NCBI GenBank assembly: GCA_049472355.1
Contig: JBLIRP010000089.1
Location: forward strand, 1-15,288
Source of the DNA: a bacterium
GTDB taxonomy: Bacteria > SZUA-182 > DTGQ01 > JAFGSM01
Length of the DNA: 15,288 bases
Direction: 5' to 3'
Part shown: in pieces, positions 7,538 to 15,049 of the stretch
Position numbering within the stretch: the stretch's first letter is position 1
How the letters are laid out: each line of letters begins with the position of its first letter
Position numbers and translations under genes: made by a program
The notes under the pieces: model-generated
What the model saw: the letters and a program-made list of their open reading frames with translations, nothing else
Told to the model about the DNA's origin: nothing
Database searches by the model: none

Positions 7538-7564
7538 ATGAAAGGGCAAGCAGGGACCGTTCTT
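7538..7564. repeat. 27-bp direct repeat, copy 2
   Basis: ATGAAAGGGCAAGCAGGGACCGTTCTT; 24/27 identical to 6735-6761. Confidence 0.85.
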
Positions 7565-7602
7565 AATAAACCTTTGAACTAAAAATTTTTGGTTGGAATA
7601 TC

Positions 7603-8066
7603 ATGGGTAAGCGATTTAATGAGATGATGATCAACTTTTCCTCGAGGCCTTTGAAAGATGGAAATAAATACAGCCTGATCGTTCTGTTTTTAACCATATG
7701 GATGGGAATTATTTCTTATTCGATTTGTCCATCAGCGCAGGAGCCATGGGGCAAGGTGGCCTCATCGATAGATAAAATTGAAATTCTTTCGTCTTCGGGC
7801 AAGGTGAAATTGAGGCTTTAATTCATAATATAGGCCAGCTATTGGCAGAGGATATTGTGGTTCGATTTTATCAGATTGATCCTGATACCAACCAAATGAA
7901 GCAGATAGGTAAGGAGAGCAAAATAGAGCGACTATCCCCCGGAAAGGGAAGAGTAATCAATACATGGATAAAAAAAGGAATTAATGAGGCATTAATCAGT
8001 ATCGATCCTGAGAATCAGATCGTGGAATCTAATGAGGATAATAACCAGATCATTTTCAGTTTCTAA
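7603..8066 (+). pseudogene. Frameshifted exported CARDB-like (Ig-fold) protein
   Basis: ORF 7603-7821 carries a hydrophobic signal-like segment. The other frame, open from 7782, reads IEALIHNIGQLLAEDIVVRFY...IDPENQIVESNEDNN, a CARDB-type signature. One frameshift between 7782 and 7818 would join them. Confidence 0.65.
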
Positions 8067-8293
8067 ATCCAATTAAAGCAACTAATCATAATGGAAACTC
8101 CTACACACCTTTCCGCCCTCAAATAAGACCTATACATATATCTTCCAGCCCTCCGCCGCAGCGCCTTTTCATCAGTCTATTATACATCCTGGCCTGCATT
8201 TTTTATCACTGCTTTTGAGGAGAAATTGGGACAGCCAACGGCAAAGACAGCGGGAAAACCGCAATAGCCCTTTTTTATCTCTCGTTCTTTTTA

Positions 8294-8330
8294 TTGACAT
8301 TTTGGGGCGGTTTGTATTACACTGTCTTAC
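8294..8330 (+). promoter_or_regulatory. Promoter/operator of RHH-PIN pair 2
   Basis: TTGACA (8294), 18-nt spacer, TACACT (8318). The palindrome TGTATTACA (8313-8321) and a second copy GTCTTAC (8324-8330) overlap the -10 and start region. Confidence 0.6.
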
Positions 8331-8343
8331 GGAGGTGAAAATC

Positions 8344-8562
8344 ATGCAGAAAACCTTGACCATCCGTCTTCCCGACGATATTCGTAATGACCTGGAGGAC
8401 TTAAGCAGATCAAACCATGTTCCAATCAGTGAATTAGTGAGAGAGTCAATTAAAAAATATGTAGCAATAGAACGTTTCAGGAAAATACGGGGAAAGGTTC
8501 TCCCCTTTGCCGAAACCCAGGGATTATTGACAGACGATGACATCTTTAAGACCCTGTCATGA
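8344..8562 (+). CDS. Ribbon-helix-helix (CopG-type) antitoxin
   Basis: GGAGGTG RBS, then ATG at 8344 (not the track's 8215): MQKTLTIRLPDDIRNDL...ISELVRESIKKYV. ATGA overlap with the PIN gene. Confidence 0.9.
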   Translation: MQKTLTIRLPDDIRNDLEDLSRSNHVPISELVRESIKKYVAIERFRKIRGKVLPFAETQGLLTDDDIFKTLS

Positions 8563-8978
8563 AACTTGTCCTTGATTCAAACGTAATCATTGCCGCTTTT
8601 TCCGCTCGAGGAATATGCCACTCATTGCTCGAACATTGTCTGTACAGCCATAGTCTGTTTTTTAGCGAGTCCCTATTAAAGGAAATCAAAATAAAATTAC
8701 AGACGAAGATCAATATCCCTAAGCCGTTGGTTCAAGAAATCATCTCCTTTCTTGAAAATCATGCCCATATTGCTAACCCCAAACCACTCGAGCAAAAGGT
8801 GTGCAGAGATCCGGATGATGATAATGTCTTGAGCCTTGCAATAACAGGGGGAGCTGACTATATCGTATCAGGGGATAATGATCTATCGGTGTTAAAACAG
8901 TACAAGGACATCCCCATTCTATCTCCCCGGGAGTTTTGGGAAACCCTGCGAAGGAAAGATGCAGAAACATCTACCTGA
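8559..8978 (+). CDS. PIN-domain putative TA toxin (VapC-like ribonuclease)
   Basis: MKLVLDSNVIIAA, LLKEI, CRDPDDDNVLSLA, IVSGDNDL and ILSPREF. Confidence 0.92.
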   Translation: MKLVLDSNVIIAAFSARGICHSLLEHCLYSHSLFFSESLLKEIKIKLQTKINIPKPLVQEIISFLENHAHIANPKPLEQKVCRDPDDDNVLSLAITGGADYIVSGDNDLSVLKQYKDIPILSPREFWETLRRKDAETST

Positions 8979-9029
8979 TAACATTATAATTCCACACCGT
9001 TCGGCACTTTTTTATGAATGATTCCTTAG

Positions 9030-10463
9030 CTATTCCTTATTTCTTTTCCCCTCCGCCAGCGCCTCCCTGACCCACTGCTTCACCCTCTTCTCCTCCTCGG
9101 TGTTTCCCTCGAGGCGGATGTCGAAGGGCTTGCTCACCTCGCCGAAATAGACCGTCCGGTGGGGGAATGGTATCTCGATGCCCTCCTCGTCGAAGCGCCT
9201 CTTAATCCTCCGGTTCATCTCCCTGCCCACCATCCATTGCTTGATGGGTATCGTCTTGATGCGGGCCTTGATGATGACCGCGGAGTCGTCGAATTTATCC
9301 AACCCCAGGATCTCCAGCGGCTCCAGGATCTGGGGTCCGAAGACGGGGTCCGCCATGATCTCGTCGCTTAACTGATTGAGCACCTTTATGACCCGGTCCG
9401 TGTCCTCCTTATAGGCGACCCCGACATCGAAGACATAGAAGGAGAAGGTATGGGTGAGGTTCGAGATGGTATTGACGGTCCCATTGGGGAAGATATGGAC
9501 GGCGCCGTCGAGCCCCCTGAGCACGGTGGTCCTGAGGTTCACCGCCTCCACCAGGCCTCCGGTACCGTTCAGTATGGCCACGTCTCCCACCCGCACCTGG
9601 TTTTCGATGATCATGAACAGGCCGCTGATGACGTCTCGTACCAGGTTTTGGGCGCCGAACCCGACCGCCAGTCCGACAATGCCTGCACCGGCCAGGATGG
9701 GCTTGATATCAAAACCCAATTCATTCAGGACCATCATCACGGCAACGATCCACAGGGTGACGAAGATGGTCTTGTAGACGATCTCCCCTACCGTTTTGAT
9801 CTGCTTGTTGACCTCCGTTTCGGATGCCCCCGGCCGGGCCTTCATGCGGCCCCCCACCACGTGTTCCATCCGTGAAATGACGAATCGGGTGATGCTGGTC
9901 AATACCATGGCCAGGAATACGATCAGGGGGATGCGGAGCAGGGAATAGATGTATCCCGAATAATGGGCCAGAAACGGGAACACCGGCACCCCCCATGCAT
10001 TCAGGACCACGAGCACCGTCACTACCAGAATCAGGAGATTGAAGATTTTTTTGAGAATCTTCAGGTACGAGTCGAGGCGCTCCCTCATGTCGGGATAGGT
10101 TTCATCAAGGGCCTTGATGGACCTTTTGAGCGCATTAATAAAGAGAACACCCATCCACCATATTATCAGCGCAAGGAGGATGATGAACAGGGTCTTCACA
10201 AGGGAGAAGAACAGATAGGAGGAAAGCGATCCGTTTTCGTTCGCAGAGAAAAGGCGGTTGATCATGGTGCGCGCCCAGGCGATGGTCCCCCCGTTCTCAC
10301 ACAGGGGGCGGACTTGGCCGTCGCCCGTTGCCAGGCGACTGCCGCCGGGCATGGCCGGCACGTTCATAGCTCGGCCCCATGCAGAGGTGAGGGCATATGG
10401 ACTCAGAACAAGGATGCCGAAAAGACCGAGGATCATTATGATTGCAAGGGGCCTCCTGTACAT
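9030..10463 (-). CDS. MscS-family mechanosensitive channel (YbiO-like, extended N-terminal TM region)
   Basis: ILAGAGIVGLAVGFGAQNLVRDVISG, GLVEAVNLRTTVLR, HIFPNG and FDEEGIEIPFP. ATG at 10463 follows GAAAGGAGA. Confidence 0.93.
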   Translation of the reverse strand: MYRRPLAIIMILGLFGILVLSPYALTSAWGRAMNVPAMPGGSRLATGDGQVRPLCENGGTIAWARTMINRLFSANENGSLSSYLFFSLVKTLFIILLALIIWWMGVLFINALKRSIKALDETYPDMRERLDSYLKILKKIFNLLILVVTVLVVLNAWGVPVFPFLAHYSGYIYSLLRIPLIVFLAMVLTSITRFVISRMEHVVGGRMKARPGASETEVNKQIKTVGEIVYKTIFVTLWIVAVMMVLNELGFDIKPILAGAGIVGLAVGFGAQNLVRDVISGLFMIIENQVRVGDVAILNGTGGLVEAVNLRTTVLRGLDGAVHIFPNGTVNTISNLTHTFSFYVFDVGVAYKEDTDRVIKVLNQLSDEIMADPVFGPQILEPLEILGLDKFDDSAVIIKARIKTIPIKQWMVGREMNRRIKRRFDEEGIEIPFPHRTVYFGEVSKPFDIRLEGNTEEEKRVKQWVREALAEGKRNKE

Positions 10464-10654
10464 TGTTTCTCCTTTCCGGGCGGTAATTCGCTCCGTTTCG
10501 CTCAAGTGATACCTTCCCGCAAGACGCCCATTCCCTTCCCCGGTTTTCTTTTCCAGCAGCGGGGGATCGAAGGGGCTTCAAACCATCGTTGAGGGGGTGA
10601 GGTATCGAGAATGTTTATCCTGTTCGATTAGAAATGGTGACCGTATATACGTAT

Positions 10655-10683
10655 ATCTTAAGAAATCAGGGAGTCCATTGCAA
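10655..10683 (-). promoter_or_regulatory. Putative sigma-70 promoter of the MscS gene
   Basis: Minus strand TTGCAA-N17-TAAGAT, the same form as the promoter at 5918-5946. Confidence 0.5.
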
Positions 10684-10688
10684 GGGAT

Positions 10689-11018
10689 TTAGTCCGGGAT
10701 ATCCAATGAGATTCGAAGGGCCTGATTGAGTGCCTGGATTTTTGATTGTGGAAGAGTGCCGATGAAGTTTGTTAAGAGTGATTTCGGCAAACTTACGAGT
10801 TCATCGCAGTGGATGCTGCTTTCATGCTTTAAGCCTTCATCGTCACCAACGAGCACCTGCGTTGATAATCCGTTGCGGCTCGAATAGACCGGTGCACAGA
10901 TAACAGTTGAAAAACGTGAATCGATAAGCACTTGACGGCTTACTACAACAAAGACCCTGAATTTTTTGGGATCTTTGGCAGAAGGATTGACCACACGATA
11001 GAGTTCACCACGTCTCAA
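10689..11018 (-). CDS. mazF: MazF/PemK-family endoribonuclease toxin
   Basis: MRRGELYRV...K.RVFVVVSR...[10 protein letters not shown]...[13 protein letters not shown]...IGTL...LNQALRISL matches the PemK-fold pattern. The TTG start overlaps the antitoxin stop. Confidence 0.9.
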   Translation of the reverse strand: MRRGELYRVVNPSAKDPKKFRVFVVVSRQVLIDSRFSTVICAPVYSSRNGLSTQVLVGDDEGLKHESSIHCDELVSLPKSLLTNFIGTLPQSKIQALNQALRISLDIPD

Positions 11019-11245
11019 AGCGGCACCTGGTACAAGAGGACATCCTCTGCTTCCTTATTAAGTGTACGTGCGTGTCGATTAATAATCTCGAGATCCCTGT
11101 CATTCTGCTCACTGCGGATCATCTGGGTAATAAATGCCCGCAAGGCCGCCTCGATAAACTCAGAGCGATTTTTATAGCGATCTGATCGTTCATCCACGGC
11201 CTTCAAAAGGTCCTCCGATAATGTGATAGATGTCTTAATTTTCAT
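11015..11245 (-). CDS. RHH-type antitoxin partner of MazF
   Basis: [18 protein letters not shown]...[14 protein letters not shown], with an acidic C-terminus. ATG at 11245 is preferred over TTG at 11263. Confidence 0.88.
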   Translation of the reverse strand: MKIKTSITLSEDLLKAVDERSDRYKNRSEFIEAALRAFITQMIRSEQNDRDLEIINRHARTLNKEAEDVLLYQVPL

Positions 11246-11251
11246 ACCACC

Positions 11252-11281
11252 AATATACTCCAAAACAGAATATCATGTCAA
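11252..11281 (-). promoter_or_regulatory. Sigma-70 promoter of the RHH-MazF operon (probably leaderless)
   Basis: TTGACA (11281-11276), 18-nt spacer, TATATT (11257-11252), then 6 nt to the ATG. Confidence 0.6.
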
Positions 11282-11560
11282 GCCGTGCCTTATTTCTAAT
11301 ATAACCCAATGATCTTTCGATCGGAACGAAACATTGCCCCAGGGTGCCGGCAGTATCGGTCAGGGCTCGTCACCGATACCGACAAATGACAATGCCTCGG
11401 GCTGCAATCCCATGAGAGCGTAAGCCGCAATCCTATTTCTATCATTGCATCCGTACATATGCCTGCCAACAATAACGGACCTGGATTCAAAACTGGAATC
11501 TCTTGGGGACCATTAGGGGATCTGAACGTGGGCGGAAGCGGACAGGGGCCGGAGGCGGCA

Positions 11561-11589
11561 TTGAATTCTCTACACCACTGTGCTATATC
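11561..11589 (+). promoter_or_regulatory. Putative promoter of the era-mgtE-recO operon
   Basis: TTGAAT-N17-TATATC with an extended -10 TG. Confidence 0.4.
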
Positions 11590-11730
11590 TATCGTTTTAC
11601 GGATTGTACATAATCAGGAATCTCCCGCACCGGAAACATAGACGACAGGTATCAGAGAACATTTTGAACCGGGAACGTATGCAAGCCTTCTCATGTCGGG
11701 GTCCCCGGTTTGTATTGGCGGTATGTCTCT

Positions 11731-12645
11731 ATGGTGAACCAGTCCCATGCCCAGCAGGTGTTCAGATCCGGGTTTGTTTCCCTCATTGGTCCTCCCAATA
11801 CGGGGAAATCCACCCTCCTGAACCGGATCGTCGGTCAGAAGGTCTCCATCACGTCGCCGCGGCCGCAGACCACCCGCAATCGTATACTCGGCATCTGGCA
11901 CGGGGAACCGGCCCAGATCATCTTTATTGACAGCCCGGGGATCCACAAGGCGTCCAAAAGGCTCAATCGGAAAATGGTGCGGACCGCCCTGCTGACCTTC
12001 GAGGAGGCCGATATCATCCTGGTCATGGTCGATGCCGTGGCAACGGGCGCCGGGGATGACGACATGCGGATGATCATGGGACACCTCAGGGGCGTTTCCC
12101 GTCCCGTTTTCCTGGTCATCAACAAGATAGACCTGATCCCGAAACCTCGCATACTGGAGTTGATCGATGTGTACAAGGATCTCCATCCCTTCCGTGAGAT
12201 CATCCCCGTTTCCGCCCTGACCGGGGAGAACTGCTCCGATGTGGTGGATACGATCATCGCCTATCTTCCGGAGGGGCCTCCCCTCTATCCGGAGGACATG
12301 GTGACCGATCAGCCGGAGCGGTTCGTGGTTGCAGAGATCATCCGTGAAAAGCTGATCGCCCTGACCCGGCAGGAGATCCCCTATGTGATGGCCGTGCTCA
12401 TCGATGAGATGGGGACGGATGTGCAGACCGGCATGGTGAGGATCAGCGCCACCATCCTGGTGGAAAAGGAGTCCCAGAAGGGGATCATCATCGGCAGCAG
12501 GGGGGCGAAGCTCAAGGAGGTCGGCAGCAGGGCCCGCGAGGAGATTGAATGCCTGCTCGGCACAAAGGTATTTATGGAATTATGGGTCAAGGTGGCACGG
12601 AATTGGAGAGAAAACGATCTGGTGCTCAAGCAGATCGGCTATTGA
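11731..12645 (+). CDS. era: GTPase Era
   Basis: SGFVSLIGPPNTGKSTL (G1), PQTTR (G2), DSPG (G3), NKID (G4), EIIREK, and KH-domain SQKGIIIG. ATG at 11731 is preferred. Confidence 0.97.
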   Translation: MVNQSHAQQVFRSGFVSLIGPPNTGKSTLLNRIVGQKVSITSPRPQTTRNRILGIWHGEPAQIIFIDSPGIHKASKRLNRKMVRTALLTFEEADIILVMVDAVATGAGDDDMRMIMGHLRGVSRPVFLVINKIDLIPKPRILELIDVYKDLHPFREIIPVSALTGENCSDVVDTIIAYLPEGPPLYPEDMVTDQPERFVVAEIIREKLIALTRQEIPYVMAVLIDEMGTDVQTGMVRISATILVEKESQKGIIIGSRGAKLKEVGSRAREEIECLLGTKVFMELWVKVARNWRENDLVLKQIGY

Positions 12646-12687
12646 AACGAATGAGACGTTCAATGTAAACCTCCTACAGGAAGGGGG

Positions 12688-14055
12688 GTGAATGGTATGG
12701 TTCCAAAAATGAGCCTGCTTTTTTACACCGTCCGAAAATTGATCAATCGCGGGGCGACCTCGAACCTGAGTAATATGGTAAACAAGCTCCACCCCGCTGA
12801 TATCGCACAGGTGATGCAGCAACTGGGCCCGTCCGACCGGTTTTTCCTGTTCGGCCTGATTGCGGAGAAGGACAAGGCGGCAGAGGTGTTGAGTGAACTG
12901 AATCCCCCCTCCCGTTCCGAGCTCCTGGAGCAACTCGATCCCAAAAGGATCGCCGAGATCTTCAAGGAGATGTCCCCCGACGACCTGGCGGACATCATCG
13001 GGGACATGCCCAAGGAGATCGCCGGCAAGGTCCTGGAATCCCTCGGGAAAAAGGACTCCGAGGAGATCCAGGAGCTGTTGAAATACGAAGAGGACACCGC
13101 CGGGGGGATCATGTCCACCCATTTCCTGGCCCTCAACGAGAACATCACGGTAAAGGAGGCGTTGGAAAAGATCAGGGCGACGAGCGACGACATGGAGGTG
13201 ACCCTGTATCTCTATCTGGTGGATGATTTCCAGCACCTCACCGGGATCGTCTCCTTCAGGAAACTGCTCACCAGCCACCTGGACACCCCGCTGAAAAAGA
13301 TCATGAAGACCGAGGTGATCAGCGTCCGCGTGGACGAAGACCAGGAGGATGTCGCCAAGATCGTGGAAAAATACAACATCCTGTCCGTGCCGGTGGTTGA
13401 CCGGTACAACAAGCTGGTGGGGGTGGTCACCGTTGATGACGTCATCGATGTCATCAGGGCGGAGACCACCGAGGACATCTACAAGATGGCAGGGACCAGC
13501 CATGAGGAGTTGTTCGAACAATCGACCTGGAAGGTGGTCATGATGCGTATGCCATGGCTCTTGATCACCCTGATCGGCGAGACCTGCTCCTATTTGATCA
13601 TGCGCTGGCACCGGGGCACGCTCCAGGAGAACATCGCCATCTCGTTTTTTATCCCCATGATCATGGCGTTGGGGGGGAACGTGGGAAACCAGTCCCAGAC
13701 CATTGTGGTGCGTGGTCTTGCCACCGGGAAGATACTTGACACCGAACAGTGGAAGATCCTGTTCAAGCAGGTGCGCATCGGCATGGCCATGGGGGTCATC
13801 GCGGGGGTGCTGATATCCCTCTTTTCCATGGTCATCGATTCCCGCCACCATGTGCTCTCCGTCATCGTGGGATTCTCCCTGTTTATGTCCATTACCATAT
13901 CCGGGATCATGGGCGCAGTGGTCCCCTTTGTCCTGAAAAGGCTGAACATCGACCCTGCCGTGGCAGCAGGCCCATTTATCACCAACTTCAACGATGTCGT
14001 CAGCATCTTCATCTATCTGAGCCTTGCCACGAGCCTGATCGTATTTCTGGTATAG
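12688..14055 (+). CDS. mgtE: Magnesium transporter MgtE
   Basis: LHPADIA, MSPDDLAD, LLKYEEDTAGGIM, a CBS pair (LVGVVTVDD), RMPWL, GGNVGNQS and IDPAVAAGPFITNFND. Start is GTG 12688 or ATG 12697. Confidence 0.96.
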   Translation: MNGMVPKMSLLFYTVRKLINRGATSNLSNMVNKLHPADIAQVMQQLGPSDRFFLFGLIAEKDKAAEVLSELNPPSRSELLEQLDPKRIAEIFKEMSPDDLADIIGDMPKEIAGKVLESLGKKDSEEIQELLKYEEDTAGGIMSTHFLALNENITVKEALEKIRATSDDMEVTLYLYLVDDFQHLTGIVSFRKLLTSHLDTPLKKIMKTEVISVRVDEDQEDVAKIVEKYNILSVPVVDRYNKLVGVVTVDDVIDVIRAETTEDIYKMAGTSHEELFEQSTWKVVMMRMPWLLITLIGETCSYLIMRWHRGTLQENIAISFFIPMIMALGGNVGNQSQTIVVRGLATGKILDTEQWKILFKQVRIGMAMGVIAGVLISLFSMVIDSRHHVLSVIVGFSLFMSITISGIMGAVVPFVLKRLNIDPAVAAGPFITNFNDVVSIFIYLSLATSLIVFLV

Positions 14056-14056
14056 G

Positions 14057-14818
14057 TTGTCCCTGCTCGCGACAGAGGCGGTGGTTATCGGTTCCACCAA
14101 CCTGGTGGAGGCGGACAGGATCGTAGCGGTGTATTCCCCCCGGTACGGTCAGATACGGGGGGTCGCCCACGGGGTAAAGCGGATCAAAAATCCCTTCGGC
14201 AGTGCCCTCGAACCCCTCACCCACATCCACCTTATAGTCAAGGTACGGCCGAACCGCGAGCTGCAGATCATCAGGCAGGCGGACATCATCAACAGCTTTC
14301 AGGCATTGCGCGGTGACATCATCCGGCTCACCGCGGGGCTGTATGGCGCGGAACTGGTGCAGCGGCTCACCCCCGTGGGAGGCGAAGGACAGCCGGAGGT
14401 GTTTGATCTCCTGGTCCGGTACCTGGGGCTGCTCACCGAGAAAAGGGACATGATCACCCTCCTGCGCATTCTTGAGCTGAGGCTCCTCGCCCTTTTGGGG
14501 TACGGGCCCCAGCTCGAGCGCTGCCAGGTCTGCGGGGCGGTTCTCCACGGGCACGGGTGGGGATTCAGCCCGGAGCAGGGGGGGCTGGTATGCCCGCGAT
14601 GCCGGCACGGAGTGCGGGACGCACACCCCATGTCTCCCGGGGGGATCATGTTTCTCAGGCAGGCCGTATCGATGGATCTGGAGAGGATAGGGAGGCTGCG
14701 GGTCCTTCCCTCGGCCAGGGAGGAACTGGAGCACACCTTGAATGGAATGCTGATGACCCACGGGGGTGCATCCCTCAAATCATACCCCGTTTTGAAGCGC
14801 CTCTTGCCTGGGGGGTAG
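14057..14818 (+). CDS. recO: DNA repair protein RecO
   Basis: EAVVI...EADRIV.VYS..YG.I.GVAHG, FGSALEP, ELRLLALLGYGPQL and zinc motif CQVC...CPRC. The era...recO-glyQ context fits. Confidence 0.95.
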   Translation: MSLLATEAVVIGSTNLVEADRIVAVYSPRYGQIRGVAHGVKRIKNPFGSALEPLTHIHLIVKVRPNRELQIIRQADIINSFQALRGDIIRLTAGLYGAELVQRLTPVGGEGQPEVFDLLVRYLGLLTEKRDMITLLRILELRLLALLGYGPQLERCQVCGAVLHGHGWGFSPEQGGLVCPRCRHGVRDAHPMSPGGIMFLRQAVSMDLERIGRLRVLPSAREELEHTLNGMLMTHGGASLKSYPVLKRLLPGG

Positions 14819-14873
14819 CCATTCTTTCCGGAGTTGTTTTCCCTTATATAATCGATAGTTATTGCAACATAAT

Positions 14874-14902
14874 TTGATTTTTTTGCGAAAACGTGCTATA
14901 AA
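14874..14902 (+). promoter_or_regulatory. Sigma-70 promoter upstream of the candidate sRNA
   Basis: TTGATT (14874), 17-nt spacer, TATAAA (14897), with extended -10 TG at 14894-14895. Confidence 0.65.
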
Positions 14903-14908
14903 ATAATT

Positions 14909-14994
14909 ACAGAGGCGCTTTCCCACGCCTCAATTCATGGGGGCTCGGCGAAAAGAATCTCCTGCCCTGCGTCGGGTCCCCATGATCTCTTTTT
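14909..14994 (+). ncRNA. Candidate two-hairpin small RNA (family not recognised)
   Basis: Hairpin 1: GAGGCG/CGCCTC (14912-14931). Hairpin 2: 15-bp stem CATGGGGGCTCGGCG/CGTCGGGTCCCCATG (14936-14984) with three G-U pairs, followed by ATCTCTTTTT. Confidence 0.5.
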
Positions 14995-15049
14995 ACCACC
15001 TTTGACTCGGGTCATTGGCAGGTCACTGGAATTTTCCCTCCTCAACGCA

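Noticed and set aside
8228..8277. c-di-GMP-I riboswitch (GGCAAA and a GAAA-type loop)
   Set aside because: The order and spacing of elements do not fit, and it lies upstream of the predicted promoter.
8215..8343. N-terminal extension of the second antitoxin in the ORF track
   Set aside because: It overlaps the promoter/operator, and the strong RBS points to ATG 8344.
8972..9006. Integron attC site after the PIN gene (TAAC...GTTCGGC)
   Set aside because: It is too short, the two ends are not complementary beyond AAC/GTT, there are no L boxes, and no intI or other attC is visible.
11296..11641. Small ORFs 11296-11490 (-) and 11459-11641 (+)
   Set aside because: No clear RBS, no recognisable domain, and they overlap predicted promoter or hairpin elements.
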